Notes: a model not told the origin generated them from the sequence alone. A stretch of 64,000 nucleotides of DNA from Candidatus Bathyarchaeota archaeon (GCA_963811105.1 CAWEPZ010000011.1:1408001-1472000); one strand, 5' to 3'; positions 1 through 9,796 are shown, counted from the stretch's first letter. Made by a program: numbers and translations.

Positions 1-754
1 CAATAAATTCGCCGAAGAGTGCTTTTCGTATCATTTTTTGAACTTGCATTGGGCTGGCTTCTCCAACAACTATGGAAACAGTCTTCTCATCCACAACCCC
101 TTCTTTGTAAGCTGAAGCTGTTTGCAAAGCGTTTATGGCGTGTCTAAGGTCTCCTTCTGAGTAATCTACTATTCTTTCTGCGGCTTCAGGCAATAGATTA
201 ACATTTTCTTTTTTGGCTATGCATTGAAGTTGCTCTTTCATTGCCTGCTTATCTAATCTTGAAAAACGGAATATGGCGCAGCGGCTTTGTATTGGTTCGA
301 TGATTTTGCTTGATTGGTTGCATATCAAAATGAATCTTGATGTGCGGGAGCTGGTCTCCATGATTCTTCTCAACGCCGTCTGGGCAGGACCAGTCATCTG
401 GTCACACTCATCCAGAATAATCAGTGCAAAGGGAATATTACCAAAGCCTGCACGGCTATAACGCGAAAAATCCTTAACTCTCTCACGGACCGTATCGATG
501 CCTCTTTCATCAGAAGCATTAAGCTCCAATGTGAAGCTTTTCCAGTTTGGACCAAAAAGTTCATGAGCAATGCAAAGGGCAAGAGTGGTTTTTCCTGTGC
601 CAGGTATCCCTGCGAACATGAGGTGCGGCATAGTTTTTGGGTTTCTCATGAAAGCTTTGAGGCTTTCAGTTATGTCATGTAAGTCTACGATTTCGTTCAG
701 GTTTTTTGGGCGGTACTTTTCAACCCACATAAGTGCTTCTTCGTTAATTGCCAT
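1..754 (-). CDS. rfcS: Replication factor C small subunit (runs off the left edge; not in ORF track)
   Basis: Manual translation from ATG at 754: MAINEEALMWVEKYRPKNL...MPHLMFAGIPGTGKTT...ELNASDERGIDTVRERVKDF...LDECDQMT...AQTALRRIME...IQSRCA, the RFC box motifs. Confidence 0.95.
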   Translation of the reverse strand, partial: MAINEEALMWVEKYRPKNLNEIVDLHDITESLKAFMRNPKTMPHLMFAGIPGTGKTTLALCIAHELFGPNWKSFTLELNASDERGIDTVRERVKDFSRYSRAGFGNIPFALIILDECDQMTGPAQTALRRIMETSSRTSRFILICNQSSKIIEPIQSRCAIFRFSRLDKQAMKEQLQCIAKKENVNLLPEAAERIVDYSEGDLRHAINALQTASAYKEGVVDEKTVSIVVGEASPMQVQKMIRKALFGEFI

Positions 755-859
755 AAAGATAACCTTCGCAATAAATTATACAATAACGTGTTCTAATTTA
801 GGAATTTAACTGTTTTCATGTCGACTCACGGTAAATCTGGGAAAATTTTTTTCTTATGG

Positions 860-1201
860 TTAACTGATTTTGCTTCCTTCGACAATATCCTTTTCGGGCA
901 TTAGCACAGTAACGTTTCCTTCACTATCTTCAGCCGCTAAAACCATACATTGAGACTCTAGACCCGCTAGCAAGCGCTTCTGCAGATTAAGCAGGAAAAC
1001 ACATTTTTTACCAATCAGTTCCTCCGGTTTGTACCATTTTTGTAAACCTGCAATCGCCTGCCTTTTCTCCGCACCAAAATCAGCGATTATTCTTATTAGT
1101 TTTTTTGAGTTCGGAACTTCAGTTGCTTCAACTATTTTTCCTATGCGTAAATCAAGTTTTTGAAACTCAGCAAATGATATCTCTTCAGCCAACCATTTCA
1201 C
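860..1201 (-). CDS. tRNA-binding OB-fold protein (Trbp111/CsaA/MetRS C-terminal domain family)
   Basis: FQKLDLRIGKIV, KRQAIAGL, NLQKRLLAGLESQCMVLAA. Confidence 0.88.
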   Translation of the reverse strand: MKWLAEEISFAEFQKLDLRIGKIVEATEVPNSKKLIRIIADFGAEKRQAIAGLQKWYKPEELIGKKCVFLLNLQKRLLAGLESQCMVLAAEDSEGNVTVLMPEKDIVEGSKIS

Positions 1202-1210
1202 GCTCTAGAC

Positions 1211-1883
1211 TTAGTTCTGGTTTTCAATGTTATTTACTTTGCCGTCTTGAGAAAGTCTGATTCTTTCTTTAGACGCTAACTTGTATGCTTGCAGCGACGG
1301 CTCTGGAATTCAGCTTTTGGAGCAATGCTTAACAATTTCGATGGCGCTATCAAGAGACACCATATGCCCAATGCTAACATAAACAGGTTTGATATCCTGT
1401 TTAGCGGTTACAAAGGCACTCGATAACTTCACCTTTATCAACTAAAAGTACTTTTCCGTCTTACTCCACTGGCGTTCCAATCAACCAGCTTTTTGTAGCG
1501 CCAACAGTTGACTTTCATTATGCGAGTCCAAAGTGGCTAGCAAATCAATATCTATGTGGGTGCGCAAGTCCTTGCGCCTCAACGAGAAAAACGTCCAGCT
1601 GAATCTTCAACATTTATGTCGCCAAAATCGCAAGCGGAAGCTCTCTGAAGAAGAGCAAAGTTGGAGTATACGGTATCCTATCTTGGCAAGCTGCAACTTG
1701 GGCTTCCAAAATCTCAAGCTAATCATAATCCAAAACCGTTAATGCTCCAACGCCAAATTGCCAATATATGAAAGGTACAACTGCGACAGTTTTTATTTTT
1801 GGAGGCAGCTTATCTTCCTTAACTATTTTCCGTGATAAACAAAACTGTGTTCTATGTGCCTTTTTAACGGAAAAGCTTTCCAT
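1211..1883 (-). pseudogene. nfi: Endonuclease V pseudogene
   Basis: Manual translation gives EndoV motifs (IPYTPTLLFFRE, DVFLVEAQGLAHPHRY*FASHFG, STVGATKS, KPVYVSIGH) broken by several TAG/TAA/TGA stops and indels; the catalytic GVD and VDG motifs are eroded. Confidence 0.85.
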
Positions 1884-1900
1884 TAGCTTGCGGCGTTTGC

Positions 1901-2563
1901 TCAAGGCTTAACCTTTTTCGCAGTGGGTTTGCGGATTTGTTTTAATGGTTGAAACTGCTTTAAGGTGTCTTCAAGTGATTTTCTTCGAATTTCTAATGTA
2001 ATGTCTCCGCGTGTGGCTTCGATTATTCTTCTTGCATTATCAGACTTGTGTCTAAGTCCTGGAACAAGCATGTAAGCTTCATCAAGAGCTAATAATTGAA
2101 TGAAAACTTGGTCCATTATCTCTAGACATTCTTCGCCTTTTTTGACTTCTCCATAACGTAAATTGTCAAGCGCTAAACGCCTAAACTCACCAATAACATC
2201 TGCTAAACCAAGCACGTAATCAACAGATGGCACCTTAATTTCAGCTGGAGTTACAAAACGTGATTCCTTTACAAGATTCAAAAATATTCGAGCTTCCGAA
2301 TATTCCTGAAGCGCTGCACTAAACATCCCTCCATAGACAATCTCAGGATATTGCACTGATAAAACTTGGAGTTCTGAAATTTTCTCTTTAGCATTTTTAA
2401 TAAAGCTTTCAGCTTCAACGTATTTTTTTTGGTGGCTCAAGAGAATGGCTTGTTTGGAGAGGCTTGTTGCTTTACGCATGCTTTCATGTGCATCCTCGCG
2501 GATTTGATTTTTTTGCATAAGCTCTTTTTTGACTTCTTGAAGGACGCTCTCTAAAGATGACAA
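1901..2563 (-). CDS. Translin/TRAX family protein (archaeal C3PO)
   Basis: ALQEYSEA, DYVLGLADVIGEFRR, LRHKSD motifs; sits next to EndoV. Confidence 0.88.
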   Translation of the reverse strand: MSSLESVLQEVKKELMQKNQIREDAHESMRKATSLSKQAILLSHQKKYVEAESFIKNAKEKISELQVLSVQYPEIVYGGMFSAALQEYSEARIFLNLVKESRFVTPAEIKVPSVDYVLGLADVIGEFRRLALDNLRYGEVKKGEECLEIMDQVFIQLLALDEAYMLVPGLRHKSDNARRIIEATRGDITLEIRRKSLEDTLKQFQPLKQIRKPTAKKVKP

Positions 2564-2639
2564 AATTACACCACTAAGTAAGTGGCGTTTGACTATTTAT
2601 TTTGATTCCCCTTAGCGTTTGCTTGTTTTTTACGGTTGT

Positions 2640-2819
2640 TAGGGGATAGTCTATTTTTCAAACAGAACTTGCTGTCGCCCAACGCAAAGCGTACCTTAAC
2701 CGCGATTCCATCTGAACCTTAAATGGAATTTTGCTATCTTCCGCTAAATCTTTATGAAGACAGACAAGGTATTTACCGTCTTTTCTGCGAAATACTCGGC
2801 CTTTTCCTTTGCTTACAAT
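2640..2819 (-). pseudogene. Decayed small conserved archaeal protein (possibly AbrB-like)
   Basis: Reads (I)VSKGKGRVFRRKDGKYLVCLHKDLAEDSKIPF, then a frameshift to GSDGIAVKVRFALGDSK; start codon is ATT; family recognition is from memory only. Confidence 0.4.
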
Positions 2820-2900
2820 GGCAGCAACCGCTTGATAGGTAGTTAGAGCCTAAGGGCAAAAAATTAAGTATTTAAGTTTATCCAACTAAGCCTGAGTAAG

Positions 2901-3863
2901 CTAGTTGTTGCCCACCTGAATAGGCTTCTCCAACCTGCTTAACAGAACTACTCTGCTCTCTGGCGCCTCGTTAATAATTTTGTACCCCGTTTTTTCTGCC
3001 AACTGTTCGGCAAAGCCTCTAACTTCAGTGTGCCGAGGCATCCGGTCAAAGCTTAAGCGTAAGTGAGAGAATCCAATATGCATATACGCTTTTGCTTCAA
3101 TGTAGGTTGGCTTAGCTGTTTCAATAAGTTTAGCATATTCTTCAACATTGCTCATGTTGTGCTCTTTCACCAGCGTCATGCGAATCACCGTAGGGCAACT
3201 GAAACTCTGCAGCAAACCAAGAGTTTCGTTTATTTTTGCCCAAGCACCTGGAAACTCTGGACGACAAACCTGTTTGTATATTTGCTCGTTTGGTGCACAC
3301 AATGAAATATACAGTTGAGTGGGTTCTTGGCTTAGTTTTAGGAGTTTAACGGGTAATGTTCCGTTCGAAACCAGAAATGTTGTTAAACCTTTTTGATGGA
3401 AAGTTTTAATCAACTCTCCTAGTGGCTCGTAAAGTGTTGGTTCACCAGTTAGGCTTATTGCAACTTGCTTAGGTGTCAGGGCTTCTTGAAATTTGCGCCA
3501 ATTTGTTTTGGGGTTTCCCTTGTAGCCTGTTAAAATTCTTTCTTGCGCCTTAAAACATCCTTCAACAATTTCTTTTGGTTCATCTACTTTTGGAATCTTC
3601 GTCTCGTCCCAAGTAACCTCTAAATCTCCGCTTTGGGCTCTCCAACAAAAAAGGCACTGCTGAGTGCAGTAGTAAAGGGAAGGTGACATCTGAATGCACC
3701 TATGCGACTTGATGCCGTAAAACTTCTGCTTATAGCATGGTCTATCATTAATTATAGATTCATAAAGCCACTTACACCTTTTGACTGCAGAGTGACTACC
3801 CACAAAATGGTATTTTTGCTTTCTTAAAGCCCCTGAAAGTGTGGCTTCGATGTTTTTTTCCAA
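2901..3863 (-). CDS. taw1: 4-demethylwyosine synthase Tyw1/Taw1 (radical SAM)
   Basis: HSAVKRCKW, CYKQKFYGIKSHRCIQM, CTQQCLFCWR, AISLTGEPTLY. Confidence 0.95.
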   Translation of the reverse strand: MEKNIEATLSGALRKQKYHFVGSHSAVKRCKWLYESIINDRPCYKQKFYGIKSHRCIQMSPSLYYCTQQCLFCWRAQSGDLEVTWDETKIPKVDEPKEIVEGCFKAQERILTGYKGNPKTNWRKFQEALTPKQVAISLTGEPTLYEPLGELIKTFHQKGLTTFLVSNGTLPVKLLKLSQEPTQLYISLCAPNEQIYKQVCRPEFPGAWAKINETLGLLQSFSCPTVIRMTLVKEHNMSNVEEYAKLIETAKPTYIEAKAYMHIGFSHLRLSFDRMPRHTEVRGFAEQLAEKTGYKIINEAPESRVVLLSRLEKPIQVGNN

Positions 3864-3914
3864 ATGTTTAACCTGATTTTTCTTTGTAGATAGGAACTCT
3901 CCCTTTTAAAAATC

Positions 3915-4199
3915 ATGTTGCTAATATTGTTTTTTAGCATAAATCAGTTGCGTTTCAATGTTCTTCCAGCAATTCAGATATTATTGTGCGGCAACATGCA
4001 AATAGTGGCATTTGCTCAGGGCGCACCAAGCGATTATCAAGCTGTCACCATATCTGTAAATCAACCAACTTCAGTTCAAATAAAACTTGACAAATATATT
4101 GTTCTAGGTCCCTTTCTAATTCAAGCAACCACATTCATAACCATAGTCATAATATTGTTTGCTATAATCTTATTTGTAGCCGTTGAAATTTATAGATGA
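3915..4199 (+). CDS. Hypothetical small membrane-anchored protein, or C-terminal remnant of a surface protein
   Basis: C-terminal hydrophobic helix FITIVIILFAIILFVAV; no family recognised. Confidence 0.35.
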   Translation: MLLILFFSINQLRFNVLPAIQILLCGNMQIVAFAQGAPSDYQAVTISVNQPTSVQIKLDKYIVLGPFLIQATTFITIVIILFAIILFVAVEIYR

Positions 4200-4249
4200 A
4201 AAAGCGTTAAAGCATCTTTTCTCTTAGAGCCAACTTTACAATTTATCCT

Positions 4250-4636
4250 TTGACAAGAAAAAAGTTTATATGGCTTCCAATAGAATTAGAGAAAACATTA
4301 GAACAAAACGAAACCGATTTTGATTTGACAGTTGAGGTGTATCTATTGGCTCAATCAAAAGCTTGTTCTCCAACATGCGGCTCTTTTAAGTGCGCCCAAA
4401 ACAACGTCTTCTACCGTCGAGACTCCGTTGGGTGTAGATTAACAGAAGAAATGTGCAATGTTGCAAACTGCACCTATTCAATGTGCCTGAAAAGGCGATT
4501 GTTACCAGGAGGGGTCTGCGGCGAAACAGTCAAACGGAAAACCGTTGAAAAAGACCTTGATGATGATTTGTTGGGTGAACCAATCAGGTTTAAGAGAAAA
4601 GCTTTGCGCAAACTCGGAGACAGAGAAATCTTTTAA
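4250..4636 (+). CDS. Cys-rich hypothetical protein (true start probably TTG near 4347)
   Basis: CSPTCGSFKC...C...CNVANCTYSMC...C; GAGGTG RBS-like sequence just before TTGGCTCAA. Confidence 0.7.
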   Translation: MTRKKFIWLPIELEKTLEQNETDFDLTVEVYLLAQSKACSPTCGSFKCAQNNVFYRRDSVGCRLTEEMCNVANCTYSMCLKRRLLPGGVCGETVKRKTVEKDLDDDLLGEPIRFKRKALRKLGDREIF

Positions 4637-4653
4637 AAAGCAAAAATTGAGAT

Positions 4654-4671
4654 TCGTACTGCAAAGTACGA
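4654..4671. terminator. Hairpin between convergent genes
   Basis: TCGTACT-GCAA-AGTACGA, a perfect 7-bp stem with a GNRA loop. Confidence 0.5.
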
Positions 4672-4679
4672 GTAACTTC

Positions 4680-4841
4680 TTATTTTGACTGAACCCGTTT
4701 AACTACTGGCGGTTTAACCTTTTTTAGAATTCTGTAGCCGCAAATGATGCATTTTGTTTCTCCGCCTCGTAGCTCTAGTTCCTCAGATGGCACTCTTGCC
4801 CCGCATCTCATGCATTCGTAAACAATTCCTGACTTTTCCAT
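4680..4841 (-). CDS. rpo12: DNA-directed RNA polymerase subunit Rpo12 (P), 53 aa; not in ORF track
   Basis: Manual translation MEKSGIVYECMRCGARVPSEELELRGGETKCIICGYRILKKVKPPVVKRVQSK: zinc ribbon YxCxxCG...CxxCGYRILxK. Confidence 0.95.
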   Translation of the reverse strand: MEKSGIVYECMRCGARVPSEELELRGGETKCIICGYRILKKVKPPVVKRVQSK

Positions 4842-4920
4842 TAGAAACGCCTTGTCCTACAAAGAAAAGTATTTTGCTTTTAAACGTTTCCAATACCTTG
4901 TCTTTAATGAGGATATGTAG

Positions 4921-5787
4921 TTGAGGAAACGGCTTAGAGAAAAACTGTCAACGACTCTTCCAACCGAAGAGCTAAAGCAAGTATACGACTCCTTTGACAT
5001 AATAGGAGACATAGCAATCTTTAAAATGTCAAAAGGCAACACTCTCAGCGCTGAAACAGTTGCAAATAAAATAATGTCGGTCCACGGAAACGTAAAAACT
5101 GTTTTTAACCAAACTGGCCCCATCTTCGGCGATTTTAGAATTCGAACGTTAAAGTTATCGGCGGGCGAAGATAAAACAAGCACTCAACACAAGGAGGCAG
5201 GCTGCATTTTCGCGGTTGATGTTGAGAAATGCTATTTTTCTCCAAGGCTTTTACATGAGAGGCACCGGGTTGCTAGTTTAGTTAAGAGCGGTGAAACAGT
5301 TGTTAACATGTTTGCAGGCGTTGGATGCTTTAGCATAATAATCGCCAAAAAAGTTGCCCAAAGCAAGGTATTCTCTATTGACGTTAACCCCGTTGCAGTT
5401 CAATTCATGGAAGAGAATGTTAGAGTGAATAGAGTTTACAATAAAGTCATCCCTTTGCGAGGAGACTCAAAAGACTTAATCATTGCTCAGTTGCAAAGCA
5501 AGGCGGACCGCGTTTTGATGCCTTTGCCTGAAAAAGCTCTAGATTATTTGCCTTATGCTGTTTTGGCGCTTAAGAAAAGCGGCGGATGGATTCATTATTA
5601 TGATTTTCAACACTCGGTTGGAAGCGAGAACCCCGTCGAGAAAACTAAGCTGAAGGTAGCTCAAAAACTTGATAGTCTAGGTGTTGGTTATGTTTGTACG
5701 TTTTCTCGAATAGTCCGAAGTACAGGCCCTAATTGGTATCAAACCGTTTTGGACATCCAGGTCTCTTCGTTGCCAAGCAAGTTTTAA
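4921..5787 (+). CDS. Trm5/Tyw2 (Met-10+) family tRNA G37 SAM-dependent transferase
   Basis: SFDIIGDIA, YFSPRLLHER, VVNMFAGVGCFSI, DRVLMPLP. Confidence 0.9.
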   Translation: MRKRLREKLSTTLPTEELKQVYDSFDIIGDIAIFKMSKGNTLSAETVANKIMSVHGNVKTVFNQTGPIFGDFRIRTLKLSAGEDKTSTQHKEAGCIFAVDVEKCYFSPRLLHERHRVASLVKSGETVVNMFAGVGCFSIIIAKKVAQSKVFSIDVNPVAVQFMEENVRVNRVYNKVIPLRGDSKDLIIAQLQSKADRVLMPLPEKALDYLPYAVLALKKSGGWIHYYDFQHSVGSENPVEKTKLKVAQKLDSLGVGYVCTFSRIVRSTGPNWYQTVLDIQVSSLPSKF

Positions 5788-5823
5788 TACCTCAGAGGTT
5801 AACTATCTATTTCGGTAAGAAAA

Positions 5824-6093
5824 ATGAAGCGAAAACTAATGGAAATCTTGGCTTGCCCAATAGACAAGTATCATCCACTTGACCTTCATGTTTTCGAAGA
5901 GAAAGACGAAATAGTGGAAGGTTTAATCGTTTGTCCCAAATGTTTACGCTGGTACCCAATAAGAGACGAAATTCCAGAAATGCTACCAGACGAGTTGCGC
6001 AAAGAAGCTGATGACCTGCCCTTCTTAAAGAAATGGAAAGAAAAAGTACCTGAAAAAATAGTAACTGAAGGAAAACCCTTCAACCTCAAATAA
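5824..6093 (+). CDS. trm112: Trm112 family methyltransferase activator
   Basis: LMEILACPIDK...LIVCPKCLRWYPIRDEIPEML. Confidence 0.9.
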   Translation: MKRKLMEILACPIDKYHPLDLHVFEEKDEIVEGLIVCPKCLRWYPIRDEIPEMLPDELRKEADDLPFLKKWKEKVPEKIVTEGKPFNLK

Positions 6094-6097
6094 TTTT

Positions 6098-7048
6098 TTA
6101 TCTTTCTAAGTTTACTGCTCTGTTTTTGGCTGAAGATTGTATTGCAGCTTGAGCAATTTCTAATGCTTTTACGCCATCCTCTCCAGCTATGAGTGGCTTT
6201 TTCTTTTCAAGTATGCATTCTGCGAAGTGTTGCAATTCGCATTTTAGTGGCTCTTGGAATGGATATCTTGGTTGTCGCGTCTCTTTTTGCTGTTCAATCC
6301 ACAAGTCTTGAGTTATGTAATCCAACCTCATTATGGCGTCGCTTCCCGTAACGGTCAAAGTTCGTGTTTTATAGGGTGTTAGCCAGTTGGATTCTATGAA
6401 AGCGCTTTCTCCGCTTTTGTATGTAAGCATTATGTGAGCATAGTCCTCGAATTTTTTGGTTCGCATGCTTCCTGTTTTCGCGTAAACGGTTATTGGATCC
6501 TGTTTGGATATGAATCGCATGACATCTATGTCATGAATAGCTGTATCCTTAACAACTCCAACGTCGCCGATTCTTTCGGGCCACTGAGAAACACGTTTAG
6601 CATTAGAGCACACTAATTCACCGATTTTTTTGCTCTCTACTGCCTCACGGATGCTCTGAAGTCCAGGAATGAACCGCATTAAAAACCCAACAGTTAATAA
6701 TAGACCGTTTTCCTGAGCTGTTTCACAAAGTTTCTTGGCTTGCTTTGTGTTGGTTGCCATAGGTTTCTCAACCAGCACATTTTTTCCTGCCATGAGACCT
6801 TTGAGCGCTTCTTTAGCAAGATGCGTTGACCAAGTGCATACACTTATGGCTTCTATTTCTTTGTTTTTTAGCATTCGTGAGCTGTCCGTGTAAGCTTTTA
6901 CGCCGTACTGATTGGCCATGGTTTTGGCTCTTTCTGGATTCACATCACAAATCGCTATAAGCTCAGTCTGGGGTAGTTCCTTGTAGACTCTCGCATGGTT
7001 TTTGCCCCATGAACCTGTCCCGATAACTGCTACGCCAACTTTCCTCAT
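6098..7048 (-). CDS. Gfo/Idh/MocA family oxidoreductase (probable UDP-sugar 3-dehydrogenase)
   Basis: GTGSWG, VLVEKPMA, DTAIHDID; inside a nucleotide-sugar operon. Confidence 0.88.
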   Translation of the reverse strand: MRKVGVAVIGTGSWGKNHARVYKELPQTELIAICDVNPERAKTMANQYGVKAYTDSSRMLKNKEIEAISVCTWSTHLAKEALKGLMAGKNVLVEKPMATNTKQAKKLCETAQENGLLLTVGFLMRFIPGLQSIREAVESKKIGELVCSNAKRVSQWPERIGDVGVVKDTAIHDIDVMRFISKQDPITVYAKTGSMRTKKFEDYAHIMLTYKSGESAFIESNWLTPYKTRTLTVTGSDAIMRLDYITQDLWIEQQKETRQPRYPFQEPLKCELQHFAECILEKKKPLIAGEDGVKALEIAQAAIQSSAKNRAVNLER

Positions 7049-7050
7049 TG

Positions 7051-8379
7051 TTATCCAGTACCTCTTCCTAGCCCACGGTATTTGAAGCCTTCTGATTCCA
7101 CCTTTCTAGGCTCAAAAACACCGGCTAAATCCACGATTATTGACGGCGTTTTAGTTAATGGTTTGAGCTTCTTCAGGTTTAAGCGAGAAAACTGCTCATC
7201 GTTTGCGAGTATCACAATACAGTCAGCGCCTTCCACTGCCTCATTTAAGCTGCTCTTTACAAAAGCCAAATCTTGTGAGTCTCTTCTTGATGTTGGGTCA
7301 TAAAGGCTCGCCTTGGCGCCTTTCAACTCTAACATTTTAACAAAAACTACTGTTGCGGTGCTTGGACTAATTATGCCTAGAACAGCAATCCTTGCTCTTC
7401 TCAACGTTTTGCCACAGCTTCGCAGTGAATCTTGAGTTAAATTAACTGCGTGTTTAACCATATCTTCGTTTATTTGCCTAGATAATGATAGAAGTCTGAG
7501 TTTCGCATTAATATTATCTGCAGTTTCAAGCAAAAAGTATGCTTCATTTTTGTTTTCTTCTGCGACGGTTGTCGGACAAATCTTTTCATTTGGACCGAGC
7601 AATTTTAGAACTTCAAAGTAATCGATGTTTACATTTTCGCAGAATATCGCTAGCTCATTTGCTAAGGCTGTGTTTGCGTCTTGTTTAGCAACTGTGAAGA
7701 GTGCTGCTATTTCTGCTGTTTTGACATCGTTAACTTGTTTAACGTTTTTCGTTATTGTATTTAGAATGTTTGTTGCTGCTTCTAAGCTGGGTTTTCCAAC
7801 TCCAGCGACTCTTAATTCAAATTTGCTAAACTGCTTTGCGTTAGTCTCCGAGTCAAGGATTGGACAGTATGCTAAACCGAAATCCGCACCAGCTTTAAGC
7901 CCTGAAGTGTTTTCTAATGTATCCTTTGTCGTTCCCTCAATAAAGCCTAAACTTGCAGCGACACCATAAATCACCAGTGCTCCAGAGTGCAGCGCTGCTC
8001 CAACTTCCTTGCAGGCGTTCAATGTTTCTGAGAAATCGATTTTTTTCTTATCATCTACTTTTGCAGGCACAGCTATCATAATAATATCGCTTTTTGAAAC
8101 AGCCTTTTTCAATTCACTGGTTACAGTTAATTGTCCTGCCGTTATCAGGCTCTTCAAGTTGTCTTCAGTTTCTTGCGCTGCAAAAGGTGTTTTTCCCTTT
8201 GCAACTTTTTTTATGACGCTTACGTCAGCATCTGAGCACACTACTTTGAACCCTGCATTCGCAAAAGCAACTGCGAATAGAATTCCTTTTTGCCCGCATC
8301 CTATAACGCTCACTAAGTATTTTGAGCGCTTTTCATTCGTATCAATCTCTTCGACTTTTACATTGAGAATCGCGGGCAT
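7051..8379 (-). CDS. UDP-glucose/UDP-ManNAc dehydrogenase-like protein with a degenerate active site
   Basis: GCGQKG Rossmann motif, SGLKAGADFGLAYCP, LNEAVEGADCIVI; the catalytic Lys and GGHC motifs are absent. Confidence 0.75.
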   Translation of the reverse strand: MPAILNVKVEEIDTNEKRSKYLVSVIGCGQKGILFAVAFANAGFKVVCSDADVSVIKKVAKGKTPFAAQETEDNLKSLITAGQLTVTSELKKAVSKSDIIMIAVPAKVDDKKKIDFSETLNACKEVGAALHSGALVIYGVAASLGFIEGTTKDTLENTSGLKAGADFGLAYCPILDSETNAKQFSKFELRVAGVGKPSLEAATNILNTITKNVKQVNDVKTAEIAALFTVAKQDANTALANELAIFCENVNIDYFEVLKLLGPNEKICPTTVAEENKNEAYFLLETADNINAKLRLLSLSRQINEDMVKHAVNLTQDSLRSCGKTLRRARIAVLGIISPSTATVVFVKMLELKGAKASLYDPTSRRDSQDLAFVKSSLNEAVEGADCIVILANDEQFSRLNLKKLKPLTKTPSIIVDLAGVFEPRKVESEGFKYRGLGRGTG

Positions 8380-8409
8380 CGCAGTTTTCTCCCTTTGAGC
8401 TTTTGTTTG

Positions 8410-9786
8410 CTAGATGTTTTCGAGGATTTTTTCGAGCATAGAACTGTAGTCTTTGACCAGCTTTAATGCTTTTTCATGGTTTTTTGCCTCTGCATAGAGT
8501 CTGTACACTGGTTCTGTTCCACTTGGTCTAATTAGAATAGCGCTGTTGTCGCTAAACCAGATTTTTACGCCATCTATTGTGCTGATGTTTTCGCCCTTAA
8601 CTTGTTCGTAGAGCTTCTGCAGTAGAATTTCTTTTTTCTCGTCTGGGCACTCAATTTTTCCTTTCTCAATAAAATACTGGGGCTGTTCAGCAACTAGTTT
8701 AGATAAAGATTGTCCCGTTTGAGCCATTATGTCTAGCAATAGAGCTGTCGTCATTGCTCCATCACGGACTGCCTGGTGAGGACCATAGAAAACTCCGCCG
8801 TTTTCTTCTCCGCCCAATTTGGCGTCAAGTTCTTTCATTTTCTGCGAGACAGTTACGCTTCCAACTTTAGTCCAGACTAATTCGCCCTTGTAAGCTTCTA
8901 CTGTGTCCTTGATTAGTGTGGAAGAGCTCACGGGCGTAACAATCTTAGCGCCTGGGTTCTTAATCAAAAATTGTTTTATGATGATGGCGAAGGTTTTGTC
9001 TCCCCAGTAAATCATGCCGTTCTCGTCGACAAAGATTGATCTGTCAGCATCCCCGTCAAAGGCTACGCCCATATCTGCGCCGATTGCTTTAACAGTTGAA
9101 GCCAACTCTCCAAGGCTTTCAGGTCTTGGCTCGGGTAATCTTCCTGGAAATGTGCCGTCAATGTTTGCGTTGATAGTGGTTATTTTGCAGCCAAGTTCCC
9201 TCATCAGCGGTGGTGCTGTAATGCCCCCAACGCTGTTAGCGGCATCAACTACAACATGAAAGTGTTTTTGGGCTATTTTTGGTTGGTTAACAAGTTTCAT
9301 TATGGCTTGCACATATTCATCGTTAATTCCTTGGAGTTCACGTTCTCTTCCAAGTTTATCCCATTCTGCAAAAACTAGTTTATTATCAAAGTAAATATTT
9401 TCTATTTCAACTTCTTGCTCATGTGAAGTTTCTATGCCGTCACTCCAAATAACTTTAATGCCGTTATATTCCGCCGGATTATGAGATGCAGTTATTATTA
9501 CTCCTCCATCCATGTTATGGTTCTTAACTGCATATTGCAAAGAAGGCGTTGGAGCCATTCCAGCGAAAAACACGTTACACCCAGTCGCGGTTAAACCAGA
9601 AATCACCGCTTTAGAAAGCATTACGCCGCTAGTTCTAGCGTCATGTCCTAAAAGCAAATTTTTTCTTCCAAAAAACGTTCCAATTGAACAACCAACTTTT
9701 ATAGCCATTTCAGGCGTTAATTCAACATTGACTAGTCCTCTGATGCCGTTTGTTCCAAACAGTTTTCTTTCGGTCATAACTGTCAC
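8410..9786 (-). CDS. glmM: Phosphoglucosamine mutase / phosphomannomutase family
   Basis: LFGTNGIRG, ITASHNP, FDGDADR, GGEENG, RPSGTEP. Confidence 0.9.
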   Translation of the reverse strand: MTVMTERKLFGTNGIRGLVNVELTPEMAIKVGCSIGTFFGRKNLLLGHDARTSGVMLSKAVISGLTATGCNVFFAGMAPTPSLQYAVKNHNMDGGVIITASHNPAEYNGIKVIWSDGIETSHEQEVEIENIYFDNKLVFAEWDKLGRERELQGINDEYVQAIMKLVNQPKIAQKHFHVVVDAANSVGGITAPPLMRELGCKITTINANIDGTFPGRLPEPRPESLGELASTVKAIGADMGVAFDGDADRSIFVDENGMIYWGDKTFAIIIKQFLIKNPGAKIVTPVSSSTLIKDTVEAYKGELVWTKVGSVTVSQKMKELDAKLGGEENGGVFYGPHQAVRDGAMTTALLLDIMAQTGQSLSKLVAEQPQYFIEKGKIECPDEKKEILLQKLYEQVKGENISTIDGVKIWFSDNSAILIRPSGTEPVYRLYAEAKNHEKALKLVKDYSSMLEKILENI

Positions 9787-9796
9787 TTCAATGCTA

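Noticed and set aside
1211-1883. Stop-codon recoding (pyrrolysine or selenocysteine) as the explanation for in-frame stops in EndoV
   Set aside because: The stops include TAA as well as TAG and TGA and come with indels; conserved genes (taw1, glmM, argS) end normally at TAG; no pyl or sel genes are in the window
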